Assembly: GCA_965197475.1 (NCBI GenBank)
Contig: CBDANF010000003.1
Coordinates: forward strand, 1-64,000
Source of the DNA: Candidatus Poribacteria bacterium
GTDB taxonomy: Bacteria; Poribacteria; WGA-4E; WGA-3G
DNA length: 64,000 nucleotides
Reading direction: 5' to 3'
Shown: positions 19,933 to 30,761 of the stretch, piece after piece
Position numbering within the stretch: the first letter of the stretch is position 1
Layout: each line of letters starts with the position of its first letter
Program-made: the position numbers and the translations under genes
The notes under the pieces: model-generated
Told to the model about the DNA's origin: nothing
What the model saw: only the letters and a program-made list of their open reading frames with translations
The model's database searches: none

Positions 19933-20670
19933 TTAGTAAAATGTCTCTACGAAATTGATACAAATTTCAGCCACTTCTGCAGGACATTCGTGGGGCAAAT
20001 AATGTCCTGCAGAAGGCACCCATATTAACTGAATATTGGGATTGGGCGGGATGCACAACTTCTGTTCAGTCAATTCATTCCTGCCTTTTCCACCAAAAAC
20101 CTCATAAATAGGAATATGTGCTTGTTCAAGGTAGTCGTAAGCGTCAAAATTTTGGACAGATGTCCAAAAACTTTCCCAGACACTGGGTTTAAACCCGCCC
20201 CTCATCTTTCCAGCCTTCCGCTGAATCTGATTTATCGCTGTTCCGTCCAATGAACCGTAAAATCGTCTTGCGTCAAACGCACTGCCTGCTGATGAAAGAC
20301 TCGTCCACCCCTCAAGCAAAATAAGCCCAACAATATCCGATGAACGTTTAGCGACATCCATTGCAACCATACCGCCAAGGCTATGTCCAACGAGTATTAT
20401 CTCTTGAATCCCTATAGTATCTATAAAGTACAGAATATCATCACCAAGACTATCTAATGTAAACGGTTCCACAGGTACATTACTCTGTCCATGCCCACGA
20501 AAATCAAGCGCGATATTGCGCTGACTACTCGGTAATCTTTCAATTACCGGTTCCCAATCTGTTGAATCACATCCTGTCCCATGCAAGAAAAGTAGAGGCA
20601 GACCTGGTGCACCAGAATCCAAGAAAGCCATCCTACCCCAAAATCTGGTAATTGCTTTAACTTTAGCCAT
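19933..20670 (-). CDS. Alpha/beta hydrolase
   Basis: LHGTG, DFRGHGQS, GHSLGG, AGHY. Confidence 0.9.
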   Translation of the reverse strand: MAKVKAITRFWGRMAFLDSGAPGLPLLFLHGTGCDSTDWEPVIERLPSSQRNIALDFRGHGQSNVPVEPFTLDSLGDDILYFIDTIGIQEIILVGHSLGGMVAMDVAKRSSDIVGLILLEGWTSLSSAGSAFDARRFYGSLDGTAINQIQRKAGKMRGGFKPSVWESFWTSVQNFDAYDYLEQAHIPIYEVFGGKGRNELTEQKLCIPPNPNIQLIWVPSAGHYLPHECPAEVAEICINFVETFY

Positions 20671-20681
20671 AGCAGTATTTT

Positions 20682-21884
20682 TTAGAGCAAAAATTGGGCA
20701 TCCACTGTCGCGCCAGCGTGTAAGGTTACACCTGCGGGAATGGTTATCAATCCATTCGACAATACAAGGGAATGAAGAATGCCGGAACCTTGCGGTCCAG
20801 TTGTTTTGGCAATGTATTGTCCATCCTGCTCCGTGAGGATAGCACGCATATAATTAACCCTGCCATCTTTGTTCGTAACATCTGCTGCTAAGATAGCTTT
20901 GAAGGTTGGACGTAATAGATCGGTGTGACCTGCCATTTTCAGGAGCGCAGGACGAACAAATAGCTCAAACACAACAAGTGAAGACACAGGATTACCCGGC
21001 AATCCAAAAATCGGTTTTCCATCAATAATGCCGTAAGCCTGTGGTTTTCCTGGCTTCATCGCGACACGCCAGAAGTTCATCTTTCCTAATTTCGTCAAGA
21101 CGTTTTTCACCACATCATGTTCACCGACTGAAACGCCGCCACTTGTAACCAGAGCATCTGCTTTAGCAAGGGATTCACGGAAGATTCGCTCAGTTTCCGT
21201 TTCATCGTCAGGCGCAATACCCATATCAATTGGAGTGCCGCCAGCATTCTGAACTTGCACATAGATGCCGTAACGATTGCTATCCCGAATTTTGCCCGGC
21301 ATTAACGGTTCACCAAGCGGTGTGAGCTCATCGCCTGTCGAGACAATGGCAACTGTCGGCTTTTGATGTACCATCACTTCTGCACAATTAAGTGAAGCCA
21401 GCATTGATATTTCTGGGGGACGTAGCAGTTTTCCTGGTGACATTACACAATCACCTTGCTTAACACTCTCACCGGTAAAGCGAACATTCTCTGTTTCCTC
21501 AACACCTTCAAAGATTTTAACCTTATCTCCAACATGCTCAGTTACTTCCTGCATGACGACAGCATCTGGCCCGTCAGGCATCATCGCACCTGTCATAATT
21601 CGCGATGCTTGTCCACTTGAGACATGTTTTTTAGGTGCATATCCTGCAGCGATAGTCTCAACGACTGAAAGTACCGCAGGATTCTCTTTGGATGCATCCT
21701 TCACATCTGCCGAACGAACCGCGTATCCATCCATCGCAGAATTGTTAAACGGTGGTATGTTTTCTGTGGCATGTAATGTCTCTGCCAGAACATAACCTGC
21801 ACATTGAAGCATCTTTCGCTTTTCTGTCGGTAAAACAGGAATACTCTCTACCATCTGTTGACGTGCTTCTTGAACACTTAGCAT
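20682..21884 (-). CDS. moeA: Molybdopterin molybdenumtransferase
   Basis: SAMDGYA, RIMTGA, STGDEL, TSGGVSVG, KPGKP, GLPGNPVS. Confidence 0.95.
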   Translation of the reverse strand: MLSVQEARQQMVESIPVLPTEKRKMLQCAGYVLAETLHATENIPPFNNSAMDGYAVRSADVKDASKENPAVLSVVETIAAGYAPKKHVSSGQASRIMTGAMMPDGPDAVVMQEVTEHVGDKVKIFEGVEETENVRFTGESVKQGDCVMSPGKLLRPPEISMLASLNCAEVMVHQKPTVAIVSTGDELTPLGEPLMPGKIRDSNRYGIYVQVQNAGGTPIDMGIAPDDETETERIFRESLAKADALVTSGGVSVGEHDVVKNVLTKLGKMNFWRVAMKPGKPQAYGIIDGKPIFGLPGNPVSSLVVFELFVRPALLKMAGHTDLLRPTFKAILAADVTNKDGRVNYMRAILTEQDGQYIAKTTGPQGSGILHSLVLSNGLITIPAGVTLHAGATVDAQFLL

Positions 21885-22032
21885 TTATTTCGCTCCAGTC
21901 GGTGGATGTGTAAAATATTTTATTAAAGGGCTATAAACATTTCGCCCCGCTGGGGCTGCCAATTATAGTAAAACTGATATTTCTTACAAAAGTGTAGAAC
22001 CTAATAACAATCAACACAAAGCAGGCATATCG

Positions 22033-22450
22033 TCATGAAAATGCGATCTGTTTTGTAGATTTTGCTTGACTTTTTGCGTATGGGATATCATCCTAATTAA
22101 CAAAACTTACCTCTTAATTGAGAATTAGGAGGATATCTCATGCAACATCAGATTATCAAATCCACTATGTTTTTTCAAGTACTTCTTTATTCTTGTTTTT
22201 GCACATTGACATCACAACTCGTTGAAACCTTATTTTGCTGTCAACCGGTCATCTGTTTGGTCTCTATAACCCGGATCAAGTGGCAGATGCGTTGTCAATA
22301 AGGTGCGTATGCGAACTTAGGCATGAAAGTGTTGAGCTACCTGCTAATGCAGCGTGTGAGTCGTTCTATGCGGCGCACATTTCATCAAATTCAACTTGAA
22401 CTTTCAGGGCAAAGACAGATGTTGTGTGAAATAAGCGCGCATTTTCATGA
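22033..22450 (+). mobile_element. Internally deleted IS remnant (MITE-like)
   Basis: Perfect 13-bp IR TCATGAAAATGCG at both ends; holds a putative transposase start (ATG 22140) and a C-terminal fragment; left end homologous to 40491-40643. Confidence 0.7.
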
Positions 22451-23863
22451 ACACGATACAGGATAACGCTGATAGCTATTGAAATCAGAAGGATTTTGAG
22501 ATATATCAGTTCCAATTAAATACCCTTTGGTCTCTTGGTAGCAAGAGGTGACGGCAAGTATAACCACAAGCAAGATTTGAGCGAAATCGGGTAATCTCTC
22601 AATTGTGATAAGGTCCGTGGCTCCGTAAACTACTACAAAACCGAAAAGCCAACAGATTAAATGAAATAATAGTTTGTACGGTTTTTGTAGTATGAATAAC
22701 AGTGTCTTTTTGGCAATCATGAAATAGAAATCGAAGTCCGTATTTTCTGAAAAAGGTGGTCCTTCAATAACACCTTCCTGCTGTTTTGTTTGCTGCGTAT
22801 ACCACTTATCCCGTACCTGCTGTTTCGAAGCAATACCTTTTAAGTAACCTCTCGCCTCTCGGTAACTGATGATAACTGCGAAAATTGCTGCAGGTATAGT
22901 AAATTGAAGGAGAAGTCTCACAACTTCCTGTACTGAGGGAAATGCCCAGTGACCTGCCATGATGCCAACTGATATAATGAGGAACATAGTTATCCCAAGT
23001 AGCCAGGATATAAAATGAATCAAAATTGACTTAGGGTTACGAAGCATGAATATCACTGTCTCTGTTGCTGTCTTGAAATAGGATTCAACCCTCACTTGTT
23101 CCGACGAAGGTGGTCCCTCAAAATTGTTACCACTTGTTATTGCAGCATGTTGCCGATTATACCACTCCATCCACACGTTTCTTTCAGCAACAACTCCTTT
23201 TTGGTATCCTTTCGTCTCTCCATAGCATGAGATGAGAGCAAGTATAGCAGATGGAATCAGAAATCCCGGAAGAGCCCCTATGGAATGATGTATGGCTGCA
23301 ACTATCCCACTGTTGAGTTTAAAGATAATGGTTAGGAACGCAAAAGCAGTGATCCAGTATACAAAATGAACGATAAGTTGCATTGGAAAACGAAGCATGA
23401 GTTGAGCTGTTTCTCTAATGCTCTTAGGGTAGGATGCAACCTGCAGGTTTTTCGATGAAAACGGTCTTTCATAAGAACCACTTCGTTCCTTCATCTCGTG
23501 CTGTCTGCCATACCAGTCCATCCATTCTCTTTTTTCGCCATCAATACCTTTTATGCTTCCTTTCGCTTCAAGGTAACCTATAAGAAAAGCAGGACCGATT
23601 ACAAACCAAAATCCAACGTATGACAAATCATGTGCGATTTCCTCAATCATAAGCGATAAGGCTGTACACAGTTTCCAAATTGACCAAGGCAATCCATTAG
23701 CAGAATCTCTTACCTCATCAGCTGCATCTGGTAAGGTGCCATATATGAAAGGGTCGTCTGCTATGGTGCCTAACGCTGAAAACAGAATCCAGCAAATAAG
23801 AAAATATAGGAACATAGGTGTCGGATTGTGAACCATGAATTTCAATGTTTTTCGGATTTTCAT
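22445..23863 (-). CDS. Hypothetical membrane protein with four internal ~110-aa repeats
   Basis: Recurring FMxxxP..HFxxW / YxE(A/T)(K/R)G / WxxWYxxQ / PPxS motifs. Confidence 0.75.
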   Translation of the reverse strand: MKIRKTLKFMVHNPTPMFLYFLICWILFSALGTIADDPFIYGTLPDAADEVRDSANGLPWSIWKLCTALSLMIEEIAHDLSYVGFWFVIGPAFLIGYLEAKGSIKGIDGEKREWMDWYGRQHEMKERSGSYERPFSSKNLQVASYPKSIRETAQLMLRFPMQLIVHFVYWITAFAFLTIIFKLNSGIVAAIHHSIGALPGFLIPSAILALISCYGETKGYQKGVVAERNVWMEWYNRQHAAITSGNNFEGPPSSEQVRVESYFKTATETVIFMLRNPKSILIHFISWLLGITMFLIISVGIMAGHWAFPSVQEVVRLLLQFTIPAAIFAVIISYREARGYLKGIASKQQVRDKWYTQQTKQQEGVIEGPPFSENTDFDFYFMIAKKTLLFILQKPYKLLFHLICWLFGFVVVYGATDLITIERLPDFAQILLVVILAVTSCYQETKGYLIGTDISQNPSDFNSYQRYPVSCS

Positions 23864-24027
23864 GTCATTTCCTCCTGATGTAAAAGTTATTTATCACTTT
23901 ATTCATAGAAGCCGTGAAGGTGGAGTTTCTGCAATGGAAGCTTCATTGGTTTATACTTGTTGGTGGGATACCTCTTAATCTATGTGTATCGTTCTATAGA
24001 ATTCATTTTAGTTTCCTCAACCTCAAT

Positions 24028-24897
24028 TTAGTGGATGAGAAATACAAGTACAGCAATCCAAGGTAGGAACAGAACTCCGTCCCAAGTTGTATTTAAAATA
24101 AGCAGAACCGCTAATAATGTAAAAAATATAAACAAGGAGATAAAATGAATGCTCAAGGATATCGGGTTCCGACTCATGAATAATTTTGCAGTTTCATTTG
24201 TGACGAGGAGGGGTGGGTCCTCTAAAGTATTCCGTTGAACTTGCGTATTGATTTGCCGTTGATACCATTCCGACCATTGTTGTTGTGCTTTAGCGATTCC
24301 TTTTATGTTCCCTCTTGCCTCTTGGAAACTTATGATTATCACGAGTGTCGCAATGAAATATAGAATTGAGAAGAAATCACTCTTGAACTCTATTGCAAAA
24401 TAACGGATAATTTCCAATAAATCTGGCCATTCTTCTCTGAATGTGTACTGCATGGGGTCGTCTAACAATCTACCCAGAAAAGAAGTAGAAAACCAACATA
24501 TAAAAGGAAAGATCACTATCATGGGGTTACGAACCATGAATAAGAGTGAACTTTTTACTGTCCCGAACACTGAATCAAGTCTAATATTTTTAGAGGGCGG
24601 AGGTTCATCAGGACTCTGATCTGTTGCTATATGGTGCTGTTGATCGTTATACCAATTCATCCAAACTTGCTGTGTTCTTGCAATGCCATTTAGGTTGCCT
24701 CTTGCCTCTCGGTAACTTGTGATGATGGTTAGAATAACAATTAAAACCAGTCCATCACTGAAAGCCCAAAAAATACTTTTAAAACTCATGCTCAGTAGGA
24801 CTGTAAGTAGAACTGCAAACAAAATCCAACTCATAAAATGAACGAGAATAGGCATCGGATTACGAAACATATACACAAGCGTGTTTCGAATTTTCAT
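24028..24897 (-). CDS. Paralog of 22445-23863 with about 2.5 repeat modules
   Basis: Same MKIRxTL start and same module motifs; third module ends early. Confidence 0.7.
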   Translation of the reverse strand: MKIRNTLVYMFRNPMPILVHFMSWILFAVLLTVLLSMSFKSIFWAFSDGLVLIVILTIITSYREARGNLNGIARTQQVWMNWYNDQQHHIATDQSPDEPPPSKNIRLDSVFGTVKSSLLFMVRNPMIVIFPFICWFSTSFLGRLLDDPMQYTFREEWPDLLEIIRYFAIEFKSDFFSILYFIATLVIIISFQEARGNIKGIAKAQQQWSEWYQRQINTQVQRNTLEDPPLLVTNETAKLFMSRNPISLSIHFISLFIFFTLLAVLLILNTTWDGVLFLPWIAVLVFLIH

Positions 24898-25117
24898 GAT
24901 ATTTCTCCATGCATAAATATATTGGTGAGATGCCGTTATGTCAATAGATAAACAGATGAGATATGTGAGTTTTCTTATTTATAGTTGCATTTTGGAGGGA
25001 TTTTCTTCAAAAAATGGGAATTTTTAAAATGCAGCTATAAACAGATCATGACAGAGCGCAAAGAGAGTCGTGCTTACAACACACTCCCAGAACAATTTTG
25101 TAGAGAGGATTCTAAAT

Positions 25118-26185
25118 TTATTTCGCCTTAATTTCTTCCCAAGCGCGGTTGTATTGTGGCGTAAAATCACCTTGTTCTTTTATCCATTCAAGGGATTCCA
25201 ATATCTCTTTAGATGGATAAATGAATTTATGTTTCAGTAAATCTTCCGGTAAGTGTTTTTTGGCAGCAGGCACACATGTTCCATATAGGGTAAAAGCAGA
25301 AACTTTGGCATTAACTTCTGGACGAAGGAGATAATTGATGAACTTTTCTGCAAGTTCTTTATGCGGAGCGGATTTTAGAATACAAACATTGTCAATAAAC
25401 CGGCTCGAACTCTCTTTTGGAATCACATAACGGATGGATGGACGTTTCTCAGCAGCGCGGAACGCATCGCCACTCCAGCAATGCGCCATAACAACATCTC
25501 CTGCCATAAGAAGTTCTTCAGCTTCACTTTTGTACTGTTTAACAAGTGGTCTCTGCGCAATTAATTTTTCTTTTGCCTGTCTAAGTTGTTCTGGATCGGT
25601 TGTATTGAGACTATATCCAAGAAGTTTGAGTGCAACACCAAGCGTTTCACGCTCGTCATCAAGCATACTGAATTGATTCTTATATTTTTCATCCCAAAGT
25701 ACCGTCCAACTATCAGGTGCCGGTGAAACAACTGACGAATCATAAGCGATACCTGCAGTGCCGAAGGTGTACGGCACAGAATAAAGGTTATCGGGATCGT
25801 AGTACTTGCCGAGGTACAACAGACTTATGTTCTGAAAGTTAGGAATGTTGTCGCGATTCAATTCAGCTAACAGATCTTCTTTTATCATGATAGAAACCAT
25901 ATAATCTGATGGCATGATGATGTCATAACCTGTTGCGCCAGCAGACAACTTAGCAAGTAGGGCTTCATTGTCTCCGAAAGTGTCAACAATGACCTTCACA
26001 CCGAATTCCTTTTCAAAACCTGAGCGAATCTCTTCACTAACGTATCCCGACCAAGTAAAGACGTTCAATTGCTTTTCCTGATCCCCGCAACCACTTACAA
26101 AAAAAGTGAAGAGAAGAAATCCCAAGAGTGTGTATATTATTAACATATTTGACAAACTGAAACGATTTTTAGAAAAAAGTAGCAT
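25118..26185 (-). CDS. potD: Spermidine/putrescine ABC substrate-binding lipoprotein (PotD-like)
   Basis: LNVFTWSGYV, YDIIMPSDY, YSVPYTFGTAG, FINYLLRPE. Confidence 0.85.
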   Translation of the reverse strand: MLLFSKNRFSLSNMLIIYTLLGFLLFTFFVSGCGDQEKQLNVFTWSGYVSEEIRSGFEKEFGVKVIVDTFGDNEALLAKLSAGATGYDIIMPSDYMVSIMIKEDLLAELNRDNIPNFQNISLLYLGKYYDPDNLYSVPYTFGTAGIAYDSSVVSPAPDSWTVLWDEKYKNQFSMLDDERETLGVALKLLGYSLNTTDPEQLRQAKEKLIAQRPLVKQYKSEAEELLMAGDVVMAHCWSGDAFRAAEKRPSIRYVIPKESSSRFIDNVCILKSAPHKELAEKFINYLLRPEVNAKVSAFTLYGTCVPAAKKHLPEDLLKHKFIYPSKEILESLEWIKEQGDFTPQYNRAWEEIKAK

Positions 26186-26310
26186 ATTTTCTCCATTAAT
26201 ATCTGGTTTAGTGTTGCAGGACGATTACGTTTACTAAAACGGAATCGTCCTTTCTCTTGAAACTCAAAATTGACAAAGGCTCCTAATTCTGCTAATCTAA
26301 TACGAGTGGC

Positions 26311-26676
26311 TTATTTATCGTTTTTTTCAGTTGGTAGTTCCGCTGCTTTCCAACCACGGAAACCTCCTGTTAGCACTGAGACGTTCTCATAACCCATGTT
26401 TTTTAAGGTGTGTGCCGAAAGTGTTGCACGAGTTCCACCGCCACAATATGTAACAAGATGTGTGTTCTCATCGGGTGCGACCTCATCAATGTCAAGTTCA
26501 ATATAACCACGCGGAAGTGAAACCGCATTCGGTAAGTGTTCTTCATCGTAGTCGGGTTCGTCACGGACATCCAATAAGATAACGGAATCACCTGCTTCTG
26601 TAAGTTCATCAGGTGAAATTTGCCCAACATTCGCTTTTGCTTCAGTAAGAAGTTCTTTAAGGGTTTTTATCGGCAT
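26311..26676 (-). CDS. Single-domain rhodanese
   Basis: LDVRD, HLPNA, YCGGGTRA, GGFRGW. Confidence 0.9.
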   Translation of the reverse strand: MPIKTLKELLTEAKANVGQISPDELTEAGDSVILLDVRDEPDYDEEHLPNAVSLPRGYIELDIDEVAPDENTHLVTYCGGGTRATLSAHTLKNMGYENVSVLTGGFRGWKAAELPTEKNDK

Positions 26677-26907
26677 TGTTGTCCTCCACAAGTGTTGAAG
26701 ATGTGTTTTAGATTTGAGATAGTTTGACGTTCTTCATAGCCAAAACGGGTACGTAAAATATATCATAAAGTTGGAAAACCGTCAAATTTTTCTGTTATTG
26801 ATTTATGGTGTAAATAAAAAAAGAAACGCTTGCCTGTAGGCGCGCTTTGTAAGCGCGCCTATCAAATGTGTCGTTAATTGTAATATTTACTACAGAAAGG
26901 AGAATAA

Positions 26908-27351
26908 ATGGAATTGATTAAAAAATCTGTTCAATCTGTAATTGACAAGGATCGTATAGGAAGTCCGGTGTTTCTGCGCTGTGTACTGAATGTGGTTTGT
27001 GAGGCAAGCAGCCTGCTGCAACCTACCGCCGAAGTTGTTGCTCTCGCAAATAGTTGGATGCCGTCCCAGCCACAAAGCGTTTATACACAAGGCGATGTAA
27101 ACGCAACACAGGCTACGGTGATGGTTAAATATGCAGCGGGACAGATGGCAGTGTTGAGCGTGAATCGGGTTGAGGCGGAATCAGCAATTGACATCATGTT
27201 GGTTGGCAACAAAGGTGTTATCTACCATGAAACGCCGTTAGGGAGACATTATCAAAGTGCGACCCCACCCCAAATCTGCAATTCGAGTGAACTTACGGAT
27301 GTGATCGTTAAGGCATTTGAAAGTGATAAACCTATTTCATTGGAGGACTAA
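26908..27351 (+). CDS. Hypothetical protein resembling a Gfo/Idh/MocA C-terminal domain
   Basis: RIGSPV..R, IMLVGNKG; no Rossmann part; AGGAG RBS. Confidence 0.55.
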   Translation: MELIKKSVQSVIDKDRIGSPVFLRCVLNVVCEASSLLQPTAEVVALANSWMPSQPQSVYTQGDVNATQATVMVKYAAGQMAVLSVNRVEAESAIDIMLVGNKGVIYHETPLGRHYQSATPPQICNSSELTDVIVKAFESDKPISLED

Positions 27352-27354
27352 AAC

Positions 27355-28503
27355 ATGCAAAATAACGAGAAATATGGTGTCCTCTTGCTTGGTGGACATC
27401 GCACGCACCAAGAAAACTATGCCCAACTTTTTGCGAATGATCCCCGTTGTAAATTAGTTGCGTTCGCTGATGAACAGGATGCACCTGTAGAACGTGTGGC
27501 ATTGGCACGGTCCCTCGCAGCATCGCTAAATTTACCCTTCATTTCTGACCTTAATGAGGCGTTAGCACGCGATGATGTACACATAGTAAGCCTCTGCACT
27601 GAAGTGGAACGGCGTGGACATGTCGGTGCGAAGTGTGCAGAAGCAGGAAAGCACGTCTATCTTGATAAACCGATGGCACTTAATTCAGAACAAGCACAAC
27701 AGATTGTAGATGCTGTTGCCAAAAGCAGTGTTTGCACGCAGATGTTTAGCAATATTCATAGCACATGGGCTCGGACTGTAAAACAAACTTTGGAAAGTGG
27801 ATGTATTGGTGAACTGCAAGCGATCCATTGTGACGTATTGTTCGCAAAAGGTCATCCGGGAAGCGCGCCTGTCAGTAAAAAACGGATAGAGAAGCCAATT
27901 AGGGAACGTTACAGTTTTGTAGAAGCAAAACCTGAAATGTTCGACATCGGTGTTTATGCTGTATCAATGGTGAATTGGTTGACGCGTAAACGGGTAAAGC
28001 AGGTGTTCGGTGGAACAGCAAATTACTTTTTTAAAGAACATCACGGGTGCGATGTAGAAGACTTCGGTGCCTTAGTCTTAACATTGGAGAATGAGGTTAC
28101 CGCAACGATTGCTGCTGGACGCTACGGTTGGCAAAGCCATGCCAAAGGTGGTGTGCAGAAGGTGCATCTCGTCGGCACTGATGCTACCTTAACCTTTGAT
28201 GCCTCGGTAAACAGACTGGAGGTGTTCGTCGCAGAACCGGCGTTTGAACCTCCAACACCACACCCGCTTGACCCAATGGGGATGTGGAGTAGCACACAAG
28301 CAGAGATTAAAATGCGACCAAAGCAGCATTGGATAGATGTCGGTAGTGGAAATGATGGACAACGTGAATTCAGCGCGTTTATAGATTGTATTGAAAACGA
28401 AGTGGAGAGCGAAATGAACGCTGAATTTGCGGCGCATTCCGTTGAAATAATTTGTGCTGGTTACCGTTCTGCTGCGAGTGGGGAGGTAATCAATATCAGT
28501 TGA
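27355..28503 (+). CDS. Gfo/Idh/MocA family oxidoreductase
   Basis: AGKHVYLDKPMA, IGELQAI, FDIGVY, VEDFG. Confidence 0.85.
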   Translation: MQNNEKYGVLLLGGHRTHQENYAQLFANDPRCKLVAFADEQDAPVERVALARSLAASLNLPFISDLNEALARDDVHIVSLCTEVERRGHVGAKCAEAGKHVYLDKPMALNSEQAQQIVDAVAKSSVCTQMFSNIHSTWARTVKQTLESGCIGELQAIHCDVLFAKGHPGSAPVSKKRIEKPIRERYSFVEAKPEMFDIGVYAVSMVNWLTRKRVKQVFGGTANYFFKEHHGCDVEDFGALVLTLENEVTATIAAGRYGWQSHAKGGVQKVHLVGTDATLTFDASVNRLEVFVAEPAFEPPTPHPLDPMGMWSSTQAEIKMRPKQHWIDVGSGNDGQREFSAFIDCIENEVESEMNAEFAAHSVEIICAGYRSAASGEVINIS

Positions 28504-28527
28504 AAGAATAGACACACCTCATAATAT

Positions 28528-28787
28528 AGAATTTATATAGTATCCGTTTTTAGAGTAGGTGATTTTAGTTGTTGACACAATTGTTAAAAAGCATTCCATG
28601 TTTAAATTAATAAACCGTTTGACCTGTTTTTATGCTTTACGCATCAGGCGAACCCATACTAAAAACGCATAGCTGCGTAGATATTGATAGCAATTATGAC
28701 TTGTTGGTTTTGCCATCTTTATTGACTTTTTCACAGACCATATTCGTGTTTTGGGAGGCTATGTCAAGTATTATTGCATAAGTCCTA
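28528..28787 (-). mobile_element. Degenerate internally deleted IS701-like remnant
   Basis: Minus strand starts AGGACTTATGCA, then MAKPT fused to AFLVWVRL...GQTVY..KHG..QQLKSPTLK (IS701-type termini) with stops and frameshifts. Confidence 0.55.
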
Positions 28788-28822
28788 AATATAACAAAAC
28801 TCTGCTCTTATGTCAATTCAAT

Positions 28823-29104
28823 TTACATTTCAAACTCCAACGCCATTGATTCACCCGGCACTAAATTTTCCCATTCCTGCAACAGTTTTCGCAAATGTTG
28901 ACGCATTGTCTCAATCTGTTCAATGGTAATGTTAGCGGGAAGTTCTTGGCTATCAGGTTGAAGCAGCGGATCGGGGAAACTTTCCCATAGTTCTGCTTGT
29001 AAGAGCGCAACAATCGGTTCTACTGTCATTGCTTCTGCTGGAATCTTGAAAGGTCGTTTTGATGTTGGCAGGTTAAAATCGGGGATGTCGTAACCTTTTG
29101 CTAC
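28823..29104 (-). pseudogene. C-terminal fragment of a hypothetical protein cut by the IS5-like element
   Basis: Frame extends upstream of the ORF (VAKGYDIPDFNLP...) to the IS end without a start. Confidence 0.5.
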
Positions 29105-29775
29105 AAGTCGAACTCATAGCGAGTAAGAGCTAAGCATCGTTGAAAGTTCTCCGAAAGTTTATCATTGAATATGCTAAATTACGAAAACCTAAGCGTGTTT
29201 CTTTGAGTTTATCATAACTAAGGGCAAGTTTCCGATAAGTCCCTTGCCAACCCAAGGTTCGCTCCACTTTATATCGGTCTTTGTCCATTTCTTTGTTAAA
29301 CCACCGGAACGGACGGGCAATTGCAATAGGTTCTTTGGCATTCCGCCGGTTCGGATATATCACTGGGAGCAGCCCGTGTTGTTTGATAATCTTATGATTC
29401 TTTTTGGAATCAAAACCGGAGTCCAGTGTTAGAGCGGAAGCATTGAGGTCCATTCCAATACGATTAGCAAAGGCGATAAGATCGGTGAATGTTTCGGGCA
29501 AAATCTTTGTCCCATCTTGGTTGACAGGTTTGATGGTTATCGGGCTGATGATGAACCCTTGATTGTCAGTGATGATCAACTCTTTTTCACCTTTTTGATG
29601 TTTGTGGCCTGAATAACCGATGTTGTCACCCTTTTTTCACGACGGTATTTGACCCATCTCCATGAAGTTGAGAGGTGTCAAGTTGGTCGGTGTCAAGCAG
29701 GTGTATCACTGATGCCTCAAAAAGTTTCTGATACGAGCCATCTTTTGACCACCGATTATGCCATTTATAGATATT

Positions 29776-30761
29776 GGCTCATGTAAAAAGTAAGTGCTAT
29801 TTTTTCAAAGTTATGTTAGAGTGTTACCTATGGACTTTCCAATACAATCTCTCATGGATGAAGAAAAAACTCAAGCGTGGGTGTTGGATCATTTCCACCC
29901 TCAAGGGCTGTGTTGCCCAAAATGCCAAGCGAGCGTGGCGGAGGCACGCAAGTTCCGTCCGACTGAAACAAGTGGTCTACAAGTGTATCGCTGCAAACAC
30001 TGTGAGAGCATCTACAACCTCTATACCGGGACGGTCTTTGCTGGCACGCAGTTTCGTCCCTCACAGGTCGTTCTGCTTTTGCGCGGTGTCTGTCAAGGTG
30101 TTTCAAGTGCACAACTCGGGTGTGAACTGGGTCTAAGTCGTCAAACCGTTCTTTCTATAAGACGTAAACTCCAAACTTCGGCAGAGCAGATACAACCCGA
30201 AGCTGCTTTACCTGATGCTGAAGTCGAAACAGATGAGATGTTTCAAAACGCCGGTGAAAAAGGCGATAAGCACGTTGATGCTTCGGATCCGCCGCGTCGG
30301 CGTGGCAATAAACGCAGGGGACATGGGACTTATGACAATGATCGTCCGCCTATTGTTGGGACGAAAGGTCGCGAAAGCGGTCTCCTGAGATTACGTGTTG
30401 TGCGGCACACCGATTCTGCGACGCTTTCAACACACGTTCATCAGTGGACGTTGCCGACTTCAACGGTGTATACGGATGGTTGGCGTGGCTATAACCGTAT
30501 TCAGCGCGCCCGTGAGATTGTTCTCCATAAGGATGGCGAGTAGGCAAGAGACGCAGACGGTGATGGTCTTTACGAGATCCATACAAGGACGATTGAAGGT
30601 GTCTGGACGACGCTGCGAAACTTCCTTCGTCCCTTTCGTGGCGTTCATAAAAAGTTCCTCGCCGGTTACGTCGCAATCTGTGAGTTCGTCATGAATCTAA
30701 AAGCTGTCAGTGTTGATTTTATAGCAAAACTCGTCAAAAGCACTTACTCTTGACATGAGCG
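29776..30761 (+). mobile_element. IS1595-family element (986 bp)
   Basis: Imperfect TIR GCTCATGT.AA.AGTAAGTGCT; exact 8-bp duplication TAGATATT at 29768-75 and 30762-69. Confidence 0.92.
29830..30753 (+). pseudogene. IS1595 transposase with premature TAG at 30541-43
   Basis: CPKC..CKHC Zn ribbon, ETDE, YTDGW; after TAG the frame continues ARDADGDG..HTRTIEGVW..RGVHKK to TGA 30753. Confidence 0.85.

Noticed and set aside
30541-30543. Pyrrolysine or amber read-through in the IS1595 transposase
   Set aside because: Position fits Trp (EWARD-type motif), so a single TGG>TAG change is simpler; TAG is used as a normal stop elsewhere
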